This document shows positions 1 through 13,249 of a stretch of DNA of 64,000 bases, in pieces. The DNA lies in the NCBI RefSeq assembly GCF_030144855.1, contig NC_082716.1, forward strand, positions 60,140,001 to 60,204,000. Reading direction: 5' to 3'. Below the pieces are notes generated by a model. The model was not told where the DNA came from. It saw nothing but the letters and a program-made list of their open reading frames with translations, and did no database searches. This DNA is from Hypanus sabinus. Its lineage: Eukaryota. The translations under genes were made by a program, and so were the position numbers. Each line of letters starts with the position of its first letter. Within the stretch, counting starts at the first letter, position 1.

Positions 1-152
1 TTAAATTTAATGCTCTTTAATTTGTTACTTATGTGTGATTTATCTGTAGATTTTATCCTTGCCTTCATAAGTTATCATGTGTTATCTGTGTATGTGCTTT
101 ACACCCTGGTTCGAAAAAATGTTGTCTCGTTTCTATATACAATTATTTACAC

Positions 153-1318
153 ACATGCACACGCAAAAGTTTGGGCACCCTGGTCAAAATTTCTGTTACT
201 GTGAATAGTTAAGTGAGTAGCAGATGAACTGATCTTCAAAAGTCATAAAGTTAAAAATAAAACATTTTTTTCAATATTTTAAGCAAGATTAGCGTCTTAT
301 TTTTGTTTTGTTCAATTTTAGAGTGATAAAAAGGAAAGAAGCACCATGCAAAAGTTTGGGTAGCCCGAGAGATTTGAGCTCTCAGATAACTTTCACCAAG
401 GTCTCAGACCTTAATTAGCTTGTTAGGGCAATGGCTTGTTCACAGTCATCGATAGGAAAGGCCAGGTGATGTAAATTTCAAAGCTTTATAACACTCTGAA
501 AATTAAAATAAATGATGCCCACAAAGCAGGAGAAGGCTATAAGAAGATAGCAAAGCGTTTTCAGGTAGCTGTTTCGTCAGTTTGTAATGTAATTAAGAAA
601 TGGCAGTTAACAGGAATGGTGGAGGTCAAGTTGAGGTCTGGAAGACCAAGAAAACTTTCCGAGAGAACTACTCCTAGCATTGCTAGAAAGGCAAATCAAA
701 ACCCCCTTTTGATTGTAAAAGACCTTCAGGAAGGTTTAGCAGACTCTGTAGTGGTGGAGCTCTGTTCTACTGTGCAGTGATACCTGCAGAAATATAAGCT
801 TCATGGAAGAGTCATCAGAAGAAAACCTTTCCTGCGTCCTCACCACAAAATTCAGCGTCAGAAGTTTGCAAAGGAACATCTAAACAAGCCTGATGCATTT
901 TGGAAACAAGTCCTGTGGACTGATGAAGTTAAAATAGAACTTTTTGGCCGCAATGAGCAAAGGTACGTTTGGAGAAAAAAGGGTGCAGACTTTCACGAAA
1001 AGAACACCTCTCCAACTGTGAATCACAGGGGTGGATCGATCATGCTTTGGGCTTGTGTTGCAGCCAGTGGCATGGGGAACATTTCTCTGGTAAAGGGAAG
1101 AAGGAATTCAATTAAATACCAGCAAATTCTGGAAGCAAACATCATACCATCTGTAAAAAAGCTGAAGGTGAAAAGAGGATGGCTTCTACAAAAGGATAAT
1201 GATCCTAAACACTCCTCAAAATCAACCTCAAGAGGCACAAGCTGAAGGTTTTACCATGGCCCTCACAGTGCCCTGACCTAAACATAATTGAAAATCTGTG
1301 GATAGTCCTCAAAAGAGT
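153..1318 (+). mobile_element. Tc1-like (IR/DR type) DNA transposon, decayed, right end missing
   Basis: Left end has a direct repeat GCAAAAGTTTGGG at ~163-175 and ~348-360. Transposase remnants read across frames: GEGYKKIAKRF..RSGRPRKLS, WKQVLWTDEVKIELFG, QKDNDPKH, WPSQCPDLNIIENLW (DDE triad), with stops and a deletion. Confidence 0.9.
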
Positions 1319-4300
1319 ATTGCTTTTGTTTATCTATTTCTATATCCTTTGTTGATGGCTGTCCCAACTTTTGTGTCTACCACAAATTTAGCAACCTTAT
1401 ATGGTTTCTTTCCTTACTTCCTTGTCCATGATAATGCTGTCTATGGTTTAGGCCTATTTCTATTTTAACCATCCAGCATAATTTTCTGTTTCCCGTTGAA
1501 GCCAATGTTTATGGTATGAGCCAATTAATTTTGTGTTTGAGCAATTAGATATGAACTGAACAGAATATTAGTTCCCAATCTGGCTCCGTAGTTCTTGAGG
1601 TGGGGTTTGGGAACTATGTTCTTCTTCATTCTGAGCTACCATGCATTGTAATTGAATAAAAGTGTATGTAGGAACAAGTCAACAAGTATATTTCCCTACT
1701 TAAACATTGTTGACTGATGATTAGATGTATACTTATCTCAATCTGCAATTTAAATATGTTTTGTCATTTTCGTATATGAAACAATGAATATCAAGCATAG
1801 CACAGTGCAGGCCCTTTGAACAATGCTGTCATTGTTTTGACCATATTTGTCTCTCGTTGTTAAAAACATGCAACATTTGATTCTTAACTCTAAAACTACT
1901 TAAGTAGTCAGTGGTTTCTTTACTCTTAACTGTAATAAGTCCATATTATTTTTTTCCACAGTCCTTCATCCTAGCACAAATCACTCCTGGCCAGGGAGTC
2001 TTAGGTTTAGATATAGTCTAAGGTTTGTTAGTCTTAGCTTTTCCTTAGTTTAAACCATACAGTATATCATAATATTTTTAGGATATCTTAGAAGTAATGG
2101 AAGGCCACTAATATATTTCCTTGTTATAAATCATTACTTTCTTTCAGTATTACAACAAAAAATGTTAATGCATGCTGCATTGTTTGCACCTCTGATCTTT
2201 ATCAGTCATTTTCTGGTTCTCTTGTATTTTCTTTCCTACAATTTCATTTTTGTTTTATTGCATCAATATTTGATCTGTGAATTTTTTAAGGCTACTGCAT
2301 CACATTCACCTCCTGCAACAAAGTGTAAAGAAACCATGAACTTCTTTATCATGAAGCTTTATCTACTCAATTGAGCTAGCTGTTTTCTATGTTGTACCTT
2401 CCTGCCTTCATCTGGAAAGGGTAGTTTTTTTCTAATTGCCCTCTTTTCTTATCCTTGAGAATCACCTTCTACAGTTTAAACTGCTGCATAGCCAGCTTAA
2501 TTTTTTGGTTCTCATGAAAGCTGATGTTTATTAAAAGTTTAGTCTCTCCTACAGTAACATTCCCACTCCTTCAAATCTGCTGTCAAGATGTTTATGCTCA
2601 GTGGAACAATGTTTTTTCAATCTACCATTTTCTTCAAAATCTTTGAATCCATTGTTGCTTCCCAAATCCTCCTTCATTGTTTCTAGAAGTCCCTTGCCAA
2701 AATCTCAATTGATGGTAGATATAATAATTTCAAGAAAAACAACGCCTTCTTGCCCTGAACGGGGTTGTTGATATCACTGAAAATTCTGTCTACCATTTTT
2801 CTACCAGTGTCCAGATGGATTACACTGACCTGGTTCCATTCCTTGACTATTCAATTGAAGCCAGAAATGGCTCCCTCCCAGTTAAGTAATATCATGATTT
2901 TAAACATTTATCCCTGTTTCTAAATCTTTGCCTGTTTCTGTGATGTCCATCAGCTCTAGGATCTTTGAGTTTCTACACTCCATCAGTTCTGTTCTTTTGC
3001 ATAGCTAAACAAAATAATCATCTACCATTAGACTTCCACTTCACCTGTTAAAACCTAGATTTTGGAATTCCTTTCATAAACCTTTATATCCCTCTAATAT
3101 TCAAATAATTTTTAAAACCTATCGCTTTCCAATCATGTAGTTTGACGAAAAGTTTTTCTTAAAAGCACTCATGATTAAAAACTTCTGTTGCTTTACTACA
3201 TTTAAAGCTATACAAGCCGCTTTGAGATATAAAAAATTCGATTAGAAATTTTGTAATTAGCTATTGCATTTGCAGTCTTTTGAAATATCTGGTAAATCAG
3301 TTCCATACTTGGCTTTCAGTTTTGTTGAAGCAATAAAAATGTCTAACTCACTTGTCCATCTCGCTTATCTAGTGTGACCCTGCTTTACTACCTGAACCAA
3401 ATCATGTGATGCTGAATCACCTATATGCACTTTCTATAAAAGTAAGTTTGCCAACTCTTCAAATATTATTCTGATTGAAATGTGATCTGTGTGGAAATGT
3501 GCAATTTCCCCATTTTTTAATCAGCTGGTTGAAATGCATCACAAGTTATTCACCACTGTGTATAGAGTGCAATATAAAGGGGAGAGATCTTAAACCATGA
3601 TACTTAATTATTATAAGCTAGTAATAATTACTAGTTAATAATTAATAGTTAATTATTTTGCTAAGGTGCTGTTTCTCAAAATATTTTGTTGTATTGATAG
3701 TATAATCCACTAATGGAAGGTTGTATTGTTTTATAAGTCCCACTGGCTTGTGCACGGTGCTGTGCAGTATGGAAGCTTTGAAATAAGATTATTAGATCCT
3801 CTTAAGGATCCAAATGATCCTTGGTCATCTTAGAGATCTGTATCAATCTGGAAGGGATTTCAGTGGCTTGAATTGCCTTCATCTCTGAGTACCCAATGAC
3901 AAGGTGATATGTCTGAATAGCTGCAATGGGTAGGGAATGATAAATTTAGCTGCAGATTGCGTTGTGCATTTTTTGATGACTAATCTCTCATTTAGGGTAT
4001 TGGCAGATTCCAGGTATTGACAAAGGCAAACTTGATCAAAGACTTCTGTCTTTTGGTATCAAAATTCCAGAGCCTTTGATCACCTTGTCTGTCAAGACCA
4101 GGATGACCGCACAAGTGGAATCATACAACTTTGGTTTACAGTTGTGTTTTTGACTTCTGCACATACACATCCATGAGATTTTGTCACCCTCTGAAAATGT
4201 TTTCACATGCATACCTCAGTCTGAGGGTCAGAGAGCTGCATCTTAAAAGTGGCTATTTTTAGCTTTTTTCTATTTCAACCTTATGTTTGGAAAAAATACT

Positions 4301-5293
4301 TGAATTTAAGTATTAACTTTCATGATCTTGGAAACTAAAAATGCTTTACATCCAATGAACCGCTTTTTGTGGTGGGGCACTTGCAGGAAAATGGCATTCA
4401 AGATGCTCAGATAATGCTGCTTATAAAAGATAATCAGCAGACTATCTGCTTTCAGATGCTGTGAAGATTGGGACTTGGAGGTAATTCCCACCCTCTTTTC
4501 AAAATAATGCCTTAGAATATTTTGCATCCTCCTTTGAAAATGTTTGTTGTAGTTTTACATCTCATCTGAAAGGCAGAACCTTAGAGAGTGAGCAGTCCTA
4601 CCACACTATATTAAAAAAATTGGTCAGTCAAAACTTTTGTGCTGTAATCTGGAGTGGTTTTCTCGCTTGGCATGAGTGCCACCATGCAAAACTTAGATGA
4701 TTTCTCCAAGCATTTTAGTTTCTTCCCACATTCCAAATATGTGCTGGTTGGTAGATTCATAGGCCACTAAGTTGCCTCTAATATGGGTGAGCTGTAGTTT
4801 AATGGCATATCAAACAATGTGTTACAGTGAAATAAATGGGAGAATGGGATTGATGGCATTACTTTGAGATGATGTACAGTTGAACAAGTCCTTCGTGCGG
4901 AAAAGAATTGAAAAAGATTTTGCCATCTTTTATAGAAGCATTCTATTTTTTCCAGGATACTAATGACTTACTACACTTTCCCTTTCTAGTTCCAGGACTC
5001 ATAATGCTTTGTAATTATTGTAAGAATGTCTAAAAATATACCACAGCATCACAAAGTGATCTGTAGATCTATTAGTCTCCTAAACTACTTGACCTTTGCA
5101 TTAGCATTCCTGCGGGTTTTAATTCTTCCAGAGTCCAAGTGAGTAAAATGAACCTAGAATGTTAGGAAATTTTAGTAGCTTTTAAAATTTTAATCCATTT
5201 ACTGTTTCAATGTATTTATATCAATACATTAATTTACTATGGTAAATAATGACTAACCCATAAATAATTTTTCATCTTATTTTTCTGTTCTAG

Positions 5294-5371
5294 GATGGAG
5301 TGATGGTTCTCAGTGCTACACATCGGTACAAGAAGAAATATGTTACTACTTTACTGTATAAACCAATCTGA
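5294..5371 (+). CDS. PRKAB2: AMP-activated protein kinase beta subunit, last coding exon
   Basis: Acceptor tttttctgttctag, then GAT GGA GTG...ATC TGA = DGVMVLSATHRYKKKYVTTLLYKPI*, the conserved AMPK-beta C-terminus. Paralog assigned by tail-to-tail adjacency to PDE4DIP. Confidence 0.9.
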   Translation, partial: DGVMVLSATHRYKKKYVTTLLYKPI

Positions 5372-7750
5372 TCTGTTATCCCTGTAGCCAGCATGCCACA
5401 ATGGTAAATGAATGCCCATGTTAGTTGGCTGTTCAGTGATGGAGCTTCATTAGGATTTTAGCAGTTGTGTTGGTTGCCTTCTACATAATCGCTACAAGCA
5501 CTTTCCCAGATTGAGGTACAAGTTCAGTACTGAATTTCATAGCATTGGCAATGACAATACAGTTTGTCAATATGGATTGGAAATGTGACAAGCATTTGTA
5601 AAACAAGAGACAATCTTAGTCATGATGAGCGGTTACACTAGGAAAAGTTTACAGTTGGAGTTTAGATTTTATATTTAAACACCTTTAAATAGCTTATTTA
5701 GTATTTATTAAGTATTGCATTTTTCTTGGAGATGTGACCCAATCTATTTTAATAAACCTAATTGTTTTGGATTGAGACCTCTTAATGTTTTGTATGTGCA
5801 AGTAATTCTTGCTTTTAGCATTGTCCTATTTAATACACAGATTCTGCTTTCTATCTGTGTTGCTGCTCATTTGTTCTTGATAAACAAATATGAATGTTTC
5901 CAAATGGGACATGTTATTCATTGTACTGATTTGCAAGACGTGAAGTACATTAGGTAATAGATCTTAGCTGGAAAATATATTTACAATACTGATAATAAAC
6001 TAAAAAATGCATAATTAAATGTCCATGATGTTCGACAAAATTTTAAAAGTTATGTAGATGTACTTGTTTACACACAGCTGAGGCACAAAGTACATGATTT
6101 ATTTTGTAGCTAATTAAGGATAATAGTTGCAGACTAAAAAGGCAGATTCTTGAAAAATGGGCAAATGTGGCAAATGAAATTTAACACTGAAGTGATGCAT
6201 CTTGATAGGAGAGATAATGGAAAACAAATTATACATTTTTAAGAGTGTGGAAGGACAGATCTGGTTGTGTACATAATCTTTTAAGATGAAAGAAGCTATG
6301 AAAGTTTCTATTTTTAAAAAAAAATGTGTTTGTAAAGAAGGCATGCACTTGAAATACAAATAAATTATTATGCTAAAGAAACTGGTACAGTCTCAGCCAT
6401 AGAAGGGTGTTCAGTTCTGAGCAGCACTCTTCAGGAATAATGTCAAGACTTTAGGAAGGTATGGAAGGAGTTTATCAATGTTACCAGTGAATGTAACATT
6501 AAAATAATGGAAAATCTGGCAGCGACCCAGACCAAAGTAGATTAAGAGTTTTGAAGTAAATATGTAAAATGGTGAACAGATTTAACAAAGTACAGGAGAA
6601 TCTGGTTTCCGTGGCAGATGGATTGGTTGCCACGGAGCATGTATTTAAGGCAATAAAACAAAGTTGAGGTGATGTTAGGAAACAGTTTTTACCAAACAGT
6701 TGTGATTGAAGCAGATTCAACCGGAATTTTCAAAAGGGAAATATTGAAGTGAATACATTGTACGGGTAAGAGGAAGATGGTCAGCACTAGAAGTGATTGG
6801 ATAGCTCTCTCAAAAAGCAGGCAGTGAGTGATACACTGAATGGCTTCATAATGTGCAATGTCTGTAATGCAGAAATGTCAATATTATTTATCAAAGGTTG
6901 CTTTCCATTTTCATGTGATCTGATTTTGAGGTTTGAAAGAAGAGTTAAAGGAAAAGATGAGCATCATATCTACAGAATGTTTTTGAATTCTCAATGAGGA
7001 GCATAAGAAATAATTTTTTCAAAAATTTTCAGGATAAAATGATTAGATATTGATGGTATTCTCTGTAAATAACAACACAGAGGTGGTAATTCTAATTTAC
7101 CTTTTGTATAAAGGCTACATAGAATGCAGATGCTGCTCTAAGATATTTAATGTTAATTTTAATTAACATTTTAACTAAAGTCTAAATGGACAGATCTGAA
7201 AGAACTTCCTTGTTTGAATGTTGTAAATTTTTGGATCATAATTTGATGCTCTTTTTCAGTAACTGAAGATTTTAAGAAGTAATAAGCCAATACATAAATA
7301 CACAAGTATTTCTATAATTTGTTGGCATATTCTGATAGAGCAAATGGTGCACCGTGATAGTAAAATACAAAGCAGGATTTTTCATTTGATACTTTATGAT
7401 ACGTTATGGCTGGAAAAAAAGTCATCCTGCATCTATCTCTTTTTTTGATAGTTTCCTTATTGCTTTAAAGTAGCATTCCAGGGAACACAAAGAGTAAAAG
7501 ATTTTCTGAGGCCTGTGTGAATTGTTTGAGTAATTAACTAGCCTTACATTGATGATATGCACAATTTTATGATTGGATGCCTGATGTTTCCTCTGTTAGT
7601 CTCTGCAGTAGAAAAGTTTTTAGGTTTGTGATATAGCATGAATATTTAATCTTATACAGAGACTACTGAAGTGTGAAAATTTTAATGTATATATATTTGT
7701 GTGTACTGTAAATCTTAACACAAATAAAATATCACAGCTGACTTAAAAAT
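5372..7750 (+). other. PRKAB2: Putative PRKAB2 3' UTR with candidate polyA signals AATAAA at 5751, 5994 and 7723
   Basis: Follows the stop codon. U-rich, with TGTA motifs upstream of the 7723 signal. The true end cannot be determined from sequence. Confidence 0.5.
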
Positions 7751-8739
7751 GGGTATCATAGTGCATTTACCATACCAGCTGATCTCTTCTCTTTTCCCCT
7801 AGCATATACACAAAACCAATGAGCTATATTTATGATGGTGTCCACTATACTCGCGGTTCATGTAAATCTGCAAGAATGTTGCAAATGTTCCCACCTGCTT
7901 GAAGGTAGGGGTCAACTGGATAGTCCTGAGACATTGGAAATTTGCTGTTATCTTCAAAGATTCCTGATTTGGGAACATTTCTTTCAGATTGAAAATTGGG
8001 CATTGTAAGGAGGGAGATTAGGGCCTTACCAACTAGTTCATTAGCATCTGCTATATGAAAACAACTAGGATCTATAAATAAGGATAGACCAACTGAACAC
8101 CTTGCAAATTTTGAACTGATAGTGAGCCAAAGTGTATTTGTAAAAGTTAGGATTGACAAAGCTAATTATTTTCTTTTCATAAGGCAACAATAATGGATGT
8201 TACTAATATGAACTTTCTAAACAGGAAATGCGGAAGACATTTGGGGTGAGGAAGAAGGTTCATAGATTAATAAAATAACATTGACAATATGTTAATAGAA
8301 TGTTGGCTTTTAGAAATACTTAAATGGATAAAAGTTCTGCCACAACTGTACAAAGGTGAGAGAAAATCCAAGTTAAGCAACTAGAGAGCTCTGAGGCGTT
8401 CTGGGCATCACTAAGGAAGTTTATAATGAACTTGCAGGTTTTTCAAATGGTACCTTACCCCAGGGTTAAGTGAAAATGTATAAAAATGCACATTTTTAAT
8501 ATCATCTTTGGAATTAGTCTGCTCTGTCCCACCAATGTTAGATTATTTCAGTCTTGGATGCATTTATTGCTACTTTCCCTGTCAGAAGTATAAGTGTTTA
8601 AGCCCTTTATTTGAAATTAAATGAATTCTGAGGAGCTCGGTATATTGCAATACACACAAATGCTGGAGGAACTCAGCAGGCCAGGCAGCATCTATGGAAA
8701 AGAGTAAATAGTCAATGTTCTGAGTTCTCAGTGACTCCC

Positions 8740-9352
8740 TTAAATGGCAAGGCAGCTAGATAGAGTGCAATGGAAGACGTTTGGGTGCTTCCCTTCATCA
8801 GTTGGGATGCTGTGTTTAAAATTTAGTAAGTCATATTGCAGCTGCATAAGACTTTGGTTGGACAACATTTGAGTATTATGTGATTCTGGTTGCCACATTA
8901 CAGGAAGATTGGAGATGTAGAAGAATTTCACCAAGATGTTGCTTGGACTAAAGTGTATTAACTGTAAGGAGAAATTTTCTGTGCAGTGTTTATTGGAGGT
9001 TGAGGATGATCCAATAGAAGTATATAAAATTACAAGGGGCACAATAGCATAGACAGACTATCCCAGGGTGGAAATTATAAGTACTAGAGGATATATAGTG
9101 GCTTTAAATTGAGAGGGGGAAATGTTAAAGGTAACTTACTATACATGGTGTTTGTAGTAAGTGGCTTTAATTCATTGCTTAGGTAAATGTTGAAGCAGTT
9201 GTAATAGCAACATTTAAAAAGCACTTAGACATATGAATAGCCAACTATTGAGGGACATAGACTATAGGCCGATGGGATTAGTTTCAACTAGCTTTGTAGT
9301 CAGCAAATATACTATGGACTGAGGGATTTGTTCCTCTGCTATATTGTTCTAT
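8740..9352 (+). mobile_element. Degraded CR1-type LINE 3' fragment
   Basis: Decayed RT C-terminal motifs (gagtattatgtgattctggttgccacattacaggaag ~ EYCVQFWxPxYRK) and a CR1-like 3' end. Confidence 0.65.
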
Positions 9353-9384
9353 AACAGTCATCAGTGATGGCATGAACTAAATTA

Positions 9385-10590
9385 GGGTCAGAGTTGTACA
9401 GTATAGAACCGGTCTCTTTGATGTATTTTATGATCATTGTGCCTGTGTACTATATATGAATCCCACTTGGCTGCATTAATTCTATATCCTTCCATGCTTT
9501 ACTCATTCAAATAATTGTCCCAATGTCTCTTAAATAATCTTAATGTTCCTGCCTCCACCACCCTCTCTGGTAACTCACTCCAGTTTCCAATGACTCTTTA
9601 TCTGTAAATAAAACCTCTCAAATCCCCTTTAAACTTCCTACCTCTCATTTTGAACCTTTGCCCTCTACTTTCAGATTCCCCGGTCATGGGAAACAGCCTC
9701 TGGCTATCTATCCTATCTCTCATAATTTTTAGATACCTCAATCATGTTGCTTTTTTGCCTCTTCCACTCTAGAGAAAACAGATCCAGTTTATCTAATTCA
9801 GGCAACATATCTAATCTGTCCTTATAACTCAAGCCTTCCAATCCAGGCAACATCCTTGTTAATTTTTTTCTGCAGTTTGGCAACCAGAACTGTATGAAAT
9901 ATTCCAAGGCCTATCTGAAGTTTTGTACACCTATATTGTGACATCCTAACTCTTGTACTCAGTTTGTCAGCCAGCAAAAGTAAGTACTGAAGCCTTTAAT
10001 ACTCCTTCTACCTCTGGTCACTTTCAGGGAATAAGATGCTACTCTTCTACCCTAGATCTCGCTAATCAATAACATTCCCCAGTCCTGGTTCATTGTCCTG
10101 CCCTGGTTTAACTTAACCAAATATATCACATCACATGCGTCTGAGTTGAATTTCCCTGCCATTCCTTTCCTACTTCCCAGATGATAAATATCTTTATGTA
10201 ATCTCGAACAACTTTTTCACTGTCCACTATGCCACCAGTTTTGGTTAAATCTACGAACATGCTACATACTATCCTAATCATTGGTGTTAATATGGTATCA
10301 ACAGAGGATCCAGCATATGTCATAGGCCTTCAATCTGAAAAACAACCATACATTACTGCCTTTTGCCTCCTGCCACCAACCTAATTTTATATCTTGTTGC
10401 CTAGTTCAGCCTGGATCTTGTGTGTTCTAAGCTTCGGGACCAGCCTCCAACTGGGACCTTGTCAATGTCCTTACTAAACTTCTCATTGATAATCTTTATT
10501 GCCTTAACCTTGTCAATTTTCTAGGTCAATCTTTCTTTTCAAAAAATGCAACTTTGTGAGAACTGATTTTCCATGCACAAAGCCATGGAG
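9385..10590 (-). mobile_element. Degraded CR1-type LINE RT fragment
   Basis: ORF track peptides EYFIQFWLPNCRK..LPGLEGLSYKDRL and MFVDLTKTGGIVDSE (decayed FADDTKxGG). Confidence 0.75.
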
Positions 10591-10789
10591 GCGCAAGGAG
10601 CTAGAATGGAAAAATATAGGGATTTGAGGTTATTAAGTGGTTATTACAGGGTTAGGGCTAATTGTATAATCTGAACATAAGAACAATTCAAAATTATCGG
10701 AACTCTGTTCTGTTTACTTGCATGTTTGAAACTACAATTATTTTTGTTTCAATACGCTTCGTAGCTTTATTTACAATACCACTTGATAG

Positions 10790-11062
10790 TTAACTTGGAC
10801 AGAGGAATTGCACTGGAATACTTTTTCCCAAGGCCCATTCCCATCTTCTATCAGATTTCTTCTTCTTCAGCCCTTTCTTTACCTTTCCACCTGTCACCTT
10901 GCAGTTTGTACCCCTTCCAGTTTGTACCCCTTCCTCTTTACTCACCTTTCTATTATGGCTTCTTTCTACTTCCTTTCTAGTCCAGATCTCAGCCTGAAAC
11001 CTCAACTGTTTATTCCTCTTCACAGATACAGCATGGCCTGCTGAGTTCCTCCAGTATTTCAT
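10790..11062 (+). mobile_element. Penelope-like terminal repeat fragment
   Basis: Similar to 22200-22540: pyrimidine-rich tract, tctcagcctgaaac, and tggcctgctgagttcctccag. Confidence 0.65.
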
Positions 11063-11711
11063 CTGTTACTCAATTCCTTTTTAGTTACCAAATTACAGGA
11101 GTGTCATTTAGAGGCCTACAAAATCAATCTAGGAAGAATAGAAGTTAAATAGGCATTGAGTATTTCATGTCTTTTATTTTTATTTTTTGGACAAAGAAAG
11201 CAAACTCTTCTTTCAAATGTTAAACAACTCCATGTTTTTGCAGAATAGCTGTTTTAAGACAATCCAAGAATCGTAATCTTTACTTCCCAGGATTGAACCA
11301 TACATGCATGCAATAATCCAACATAGAATGGAATATATATATACACTAGGGAGAATATGTACACCTGTAGGACAAACACTAAATATTTATCAGTATATAC
11401 GCTTTATACAGTGTACAACAATGCCATAAAGATACCTGCTGTATCATGGTTTTTAGTGACCTCTGTGTTAAAGGCTACAAAACATGCTTCAACACAGGAA
11501 TTCTCTAGTTTGTACCAAACATCAGGGATCAGCAATTATCTTTCTTTTCAAATCATAAGAAGAATTCCTATCCTTTACCAAGTGAAATTACTGAATACAA
11601 GGTCACTGTCACTTTTTTAATCCTTGGCTTTTTAAAGTTTCTGTATTGTGTACTGACCATTGCAAAACTAATGAAAAGCAAATGCCACTCAAAGCTTTGG
11701 TAATATATTAT

Positions 11712-11894
11712 AAATCTGAGTTCTCATGAAGTCAATTATGACTGTTGTAAGAACTTGATTCAGTGAACAATTTCAATTATTAATGTTAATGGAGAAAATC
11801 TGAGTTCTCATTAAATCAATTATGACAAATATAAGAACCTGAATCAGTGAACAGTTTTCAATTAAGAATGCCAATAGGGAAAATTCTTGAGTTC
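11712..11894. repeat. Diverged tandem repeat, ~84-nt unit, just over 2 copies
   Basis: aaatctgagttctcat...caattatgac...taagaac...cagtgaaca starts at 11712 and 11796, with a partial third copy at ~11881. Confidence 0.85.
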
Positions 11895-12595
11895 ACCGGG
11901 GAACATCCTTATTTGCATGTACTTGCTCTATATGTATATGTAACAGGCAGCAGCAACAATTTTATACAAAATGCAACTCAGTTACATTATACATTTGCCA
12001 TCATGCTATATACACAGCTCAGACAAAAACAATGCTAGTGCTACTAAACTTACCCACTATTTCTAATAAGTGTACAATAATAAATACAGAGTCACCAGCA
12101 TTGTCTTAACTCTGTACCGTACTCTTACCCACCATATTGCAATTTTGAATAAAACTCTGAAATAATGTCATGATGCTAGACAATGTGTTTTGAGATTTAT
12201 AAGTCTGATTTTCATCTTATTCCAGTGTTCAGCAAAACTAATGATACAGCTTTGGCCTCAATGGCAAATTTATTGCACTTACCCATTATCTGTCTTTGCT
12301 TTGTGAACATTCTAATCTGCCCTAAATGTTATAAGGCTCTATTTTTTCCAGTTATGGCCAGGATACATCTTTCTGTTATAAATTGCACAATTTAAATAGC
12401 AGGACACTGTTCACCAAAGCTATCATTGGACTCAAAACATTTCTGTAAGTGGTGTTTGAGTTTTCTTCGTCATAAACATATTTATATTCTTATATACCAA
12501 CTCATTGTAGCTCTTGACATTTAAAGAGTTTTTTTCTTGGGTGTGGAGACAGCATGATTAAATACAACATGCAATCCCTCACACTGAGCACTTTA

Positions 12596-12770
12596 TAGAC
12601 AATAGACAATAGGTGCAGAAGTAGACCATTCGGCCCCTCGAGTCTGCACCGCCATTCTGAGATCATGGCTGATCATTCACTATCAATACCCAGTCCCTGC
12701 CTTGTCCCCATATCCCTTGATTCCCCTATCCATCAGATATCTATCCAGCTCCTTCTTGAAAGCATCCAGA
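12596..12770 (-). mobile_element. 5'-truncated young CR1 copy (same family as 46124-50380)
   Basis: Nearly identical to 46125-46300, including the (ATTGTCT)n tail (tagacaatagacaatag on +). Confidence 0.95.
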
Positions 12771-13085
12771 TTAAACTGCATCCAGATGCAGTTTAATATG
12801 CATCTTAAACAAGTCTATACAATTGCTAGGGCCAAAAACATTAGCATCTTTTGGTAAATATATTTGACCCAAAATAAGATTTCCTGCTTCAGATTTATAC
12901 ATAAAACAAAAATTCTGTCAACATTCAGTGTTTTATATAGGATCATCAGATTTGGGTTACGCAGAAGAGTTTCCTCTGGATACAAAGGTGAAATTTGTTT
13001 TCAAATGTTGTCCTAAATTATTTTTGTAGAACAAAATTCAAATATTGTTTAGTTTTGTTTTTGAGGTGGAAAGAAAAGTACTGTT

Positions 13086-13249
13086 TCAGTAATTTGCAAT
13101 GATTCCTACTGGAGCCAGGTTGGGACCATTTCTTGTAATCTTTCCAGGCAGTGAATTTTGATCCACGCTTCTTGCTTTAGCTTCAGGATAAATTGGATTC
13201 ATGAAGTTCCAGCCTCTGGGATGGATGTAACCCAGTTTTGAGATTTCTG
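13086..13249 (-). CDS. PDE4DIP: Probable terminal coding exon of myomegalin
   Basis: Acceptor aattttttcag. Phase 1 gives an open frame AEISKLGYIHPRGWNFMNPIYPEAKARSVDQNSLPGKITRNGPNLAPVGIIANY* and matches the phase of 17322-17373. No homology confirmed. Confidence 0.55.

Larger units (their letters stand above)
11150..13085 (-). other. PDE4DIP: Putative PDE4DIP 3' UTR; minus-strand AATAAA at 11173-11178 and 11179-11184 (also 10766-10771)
   Basis: Lies downstream of the putative terminal exon stop. Tandem polyA signals and Pumilio-type motifs near the end. Confidence 0.5.

Noticed and set aside
11712-11894. Repeat as a CRISPR-like array
   Set aside because: Whole-unit tandem duplication without unique spacers, in a vertebrate context, with no cas genes.
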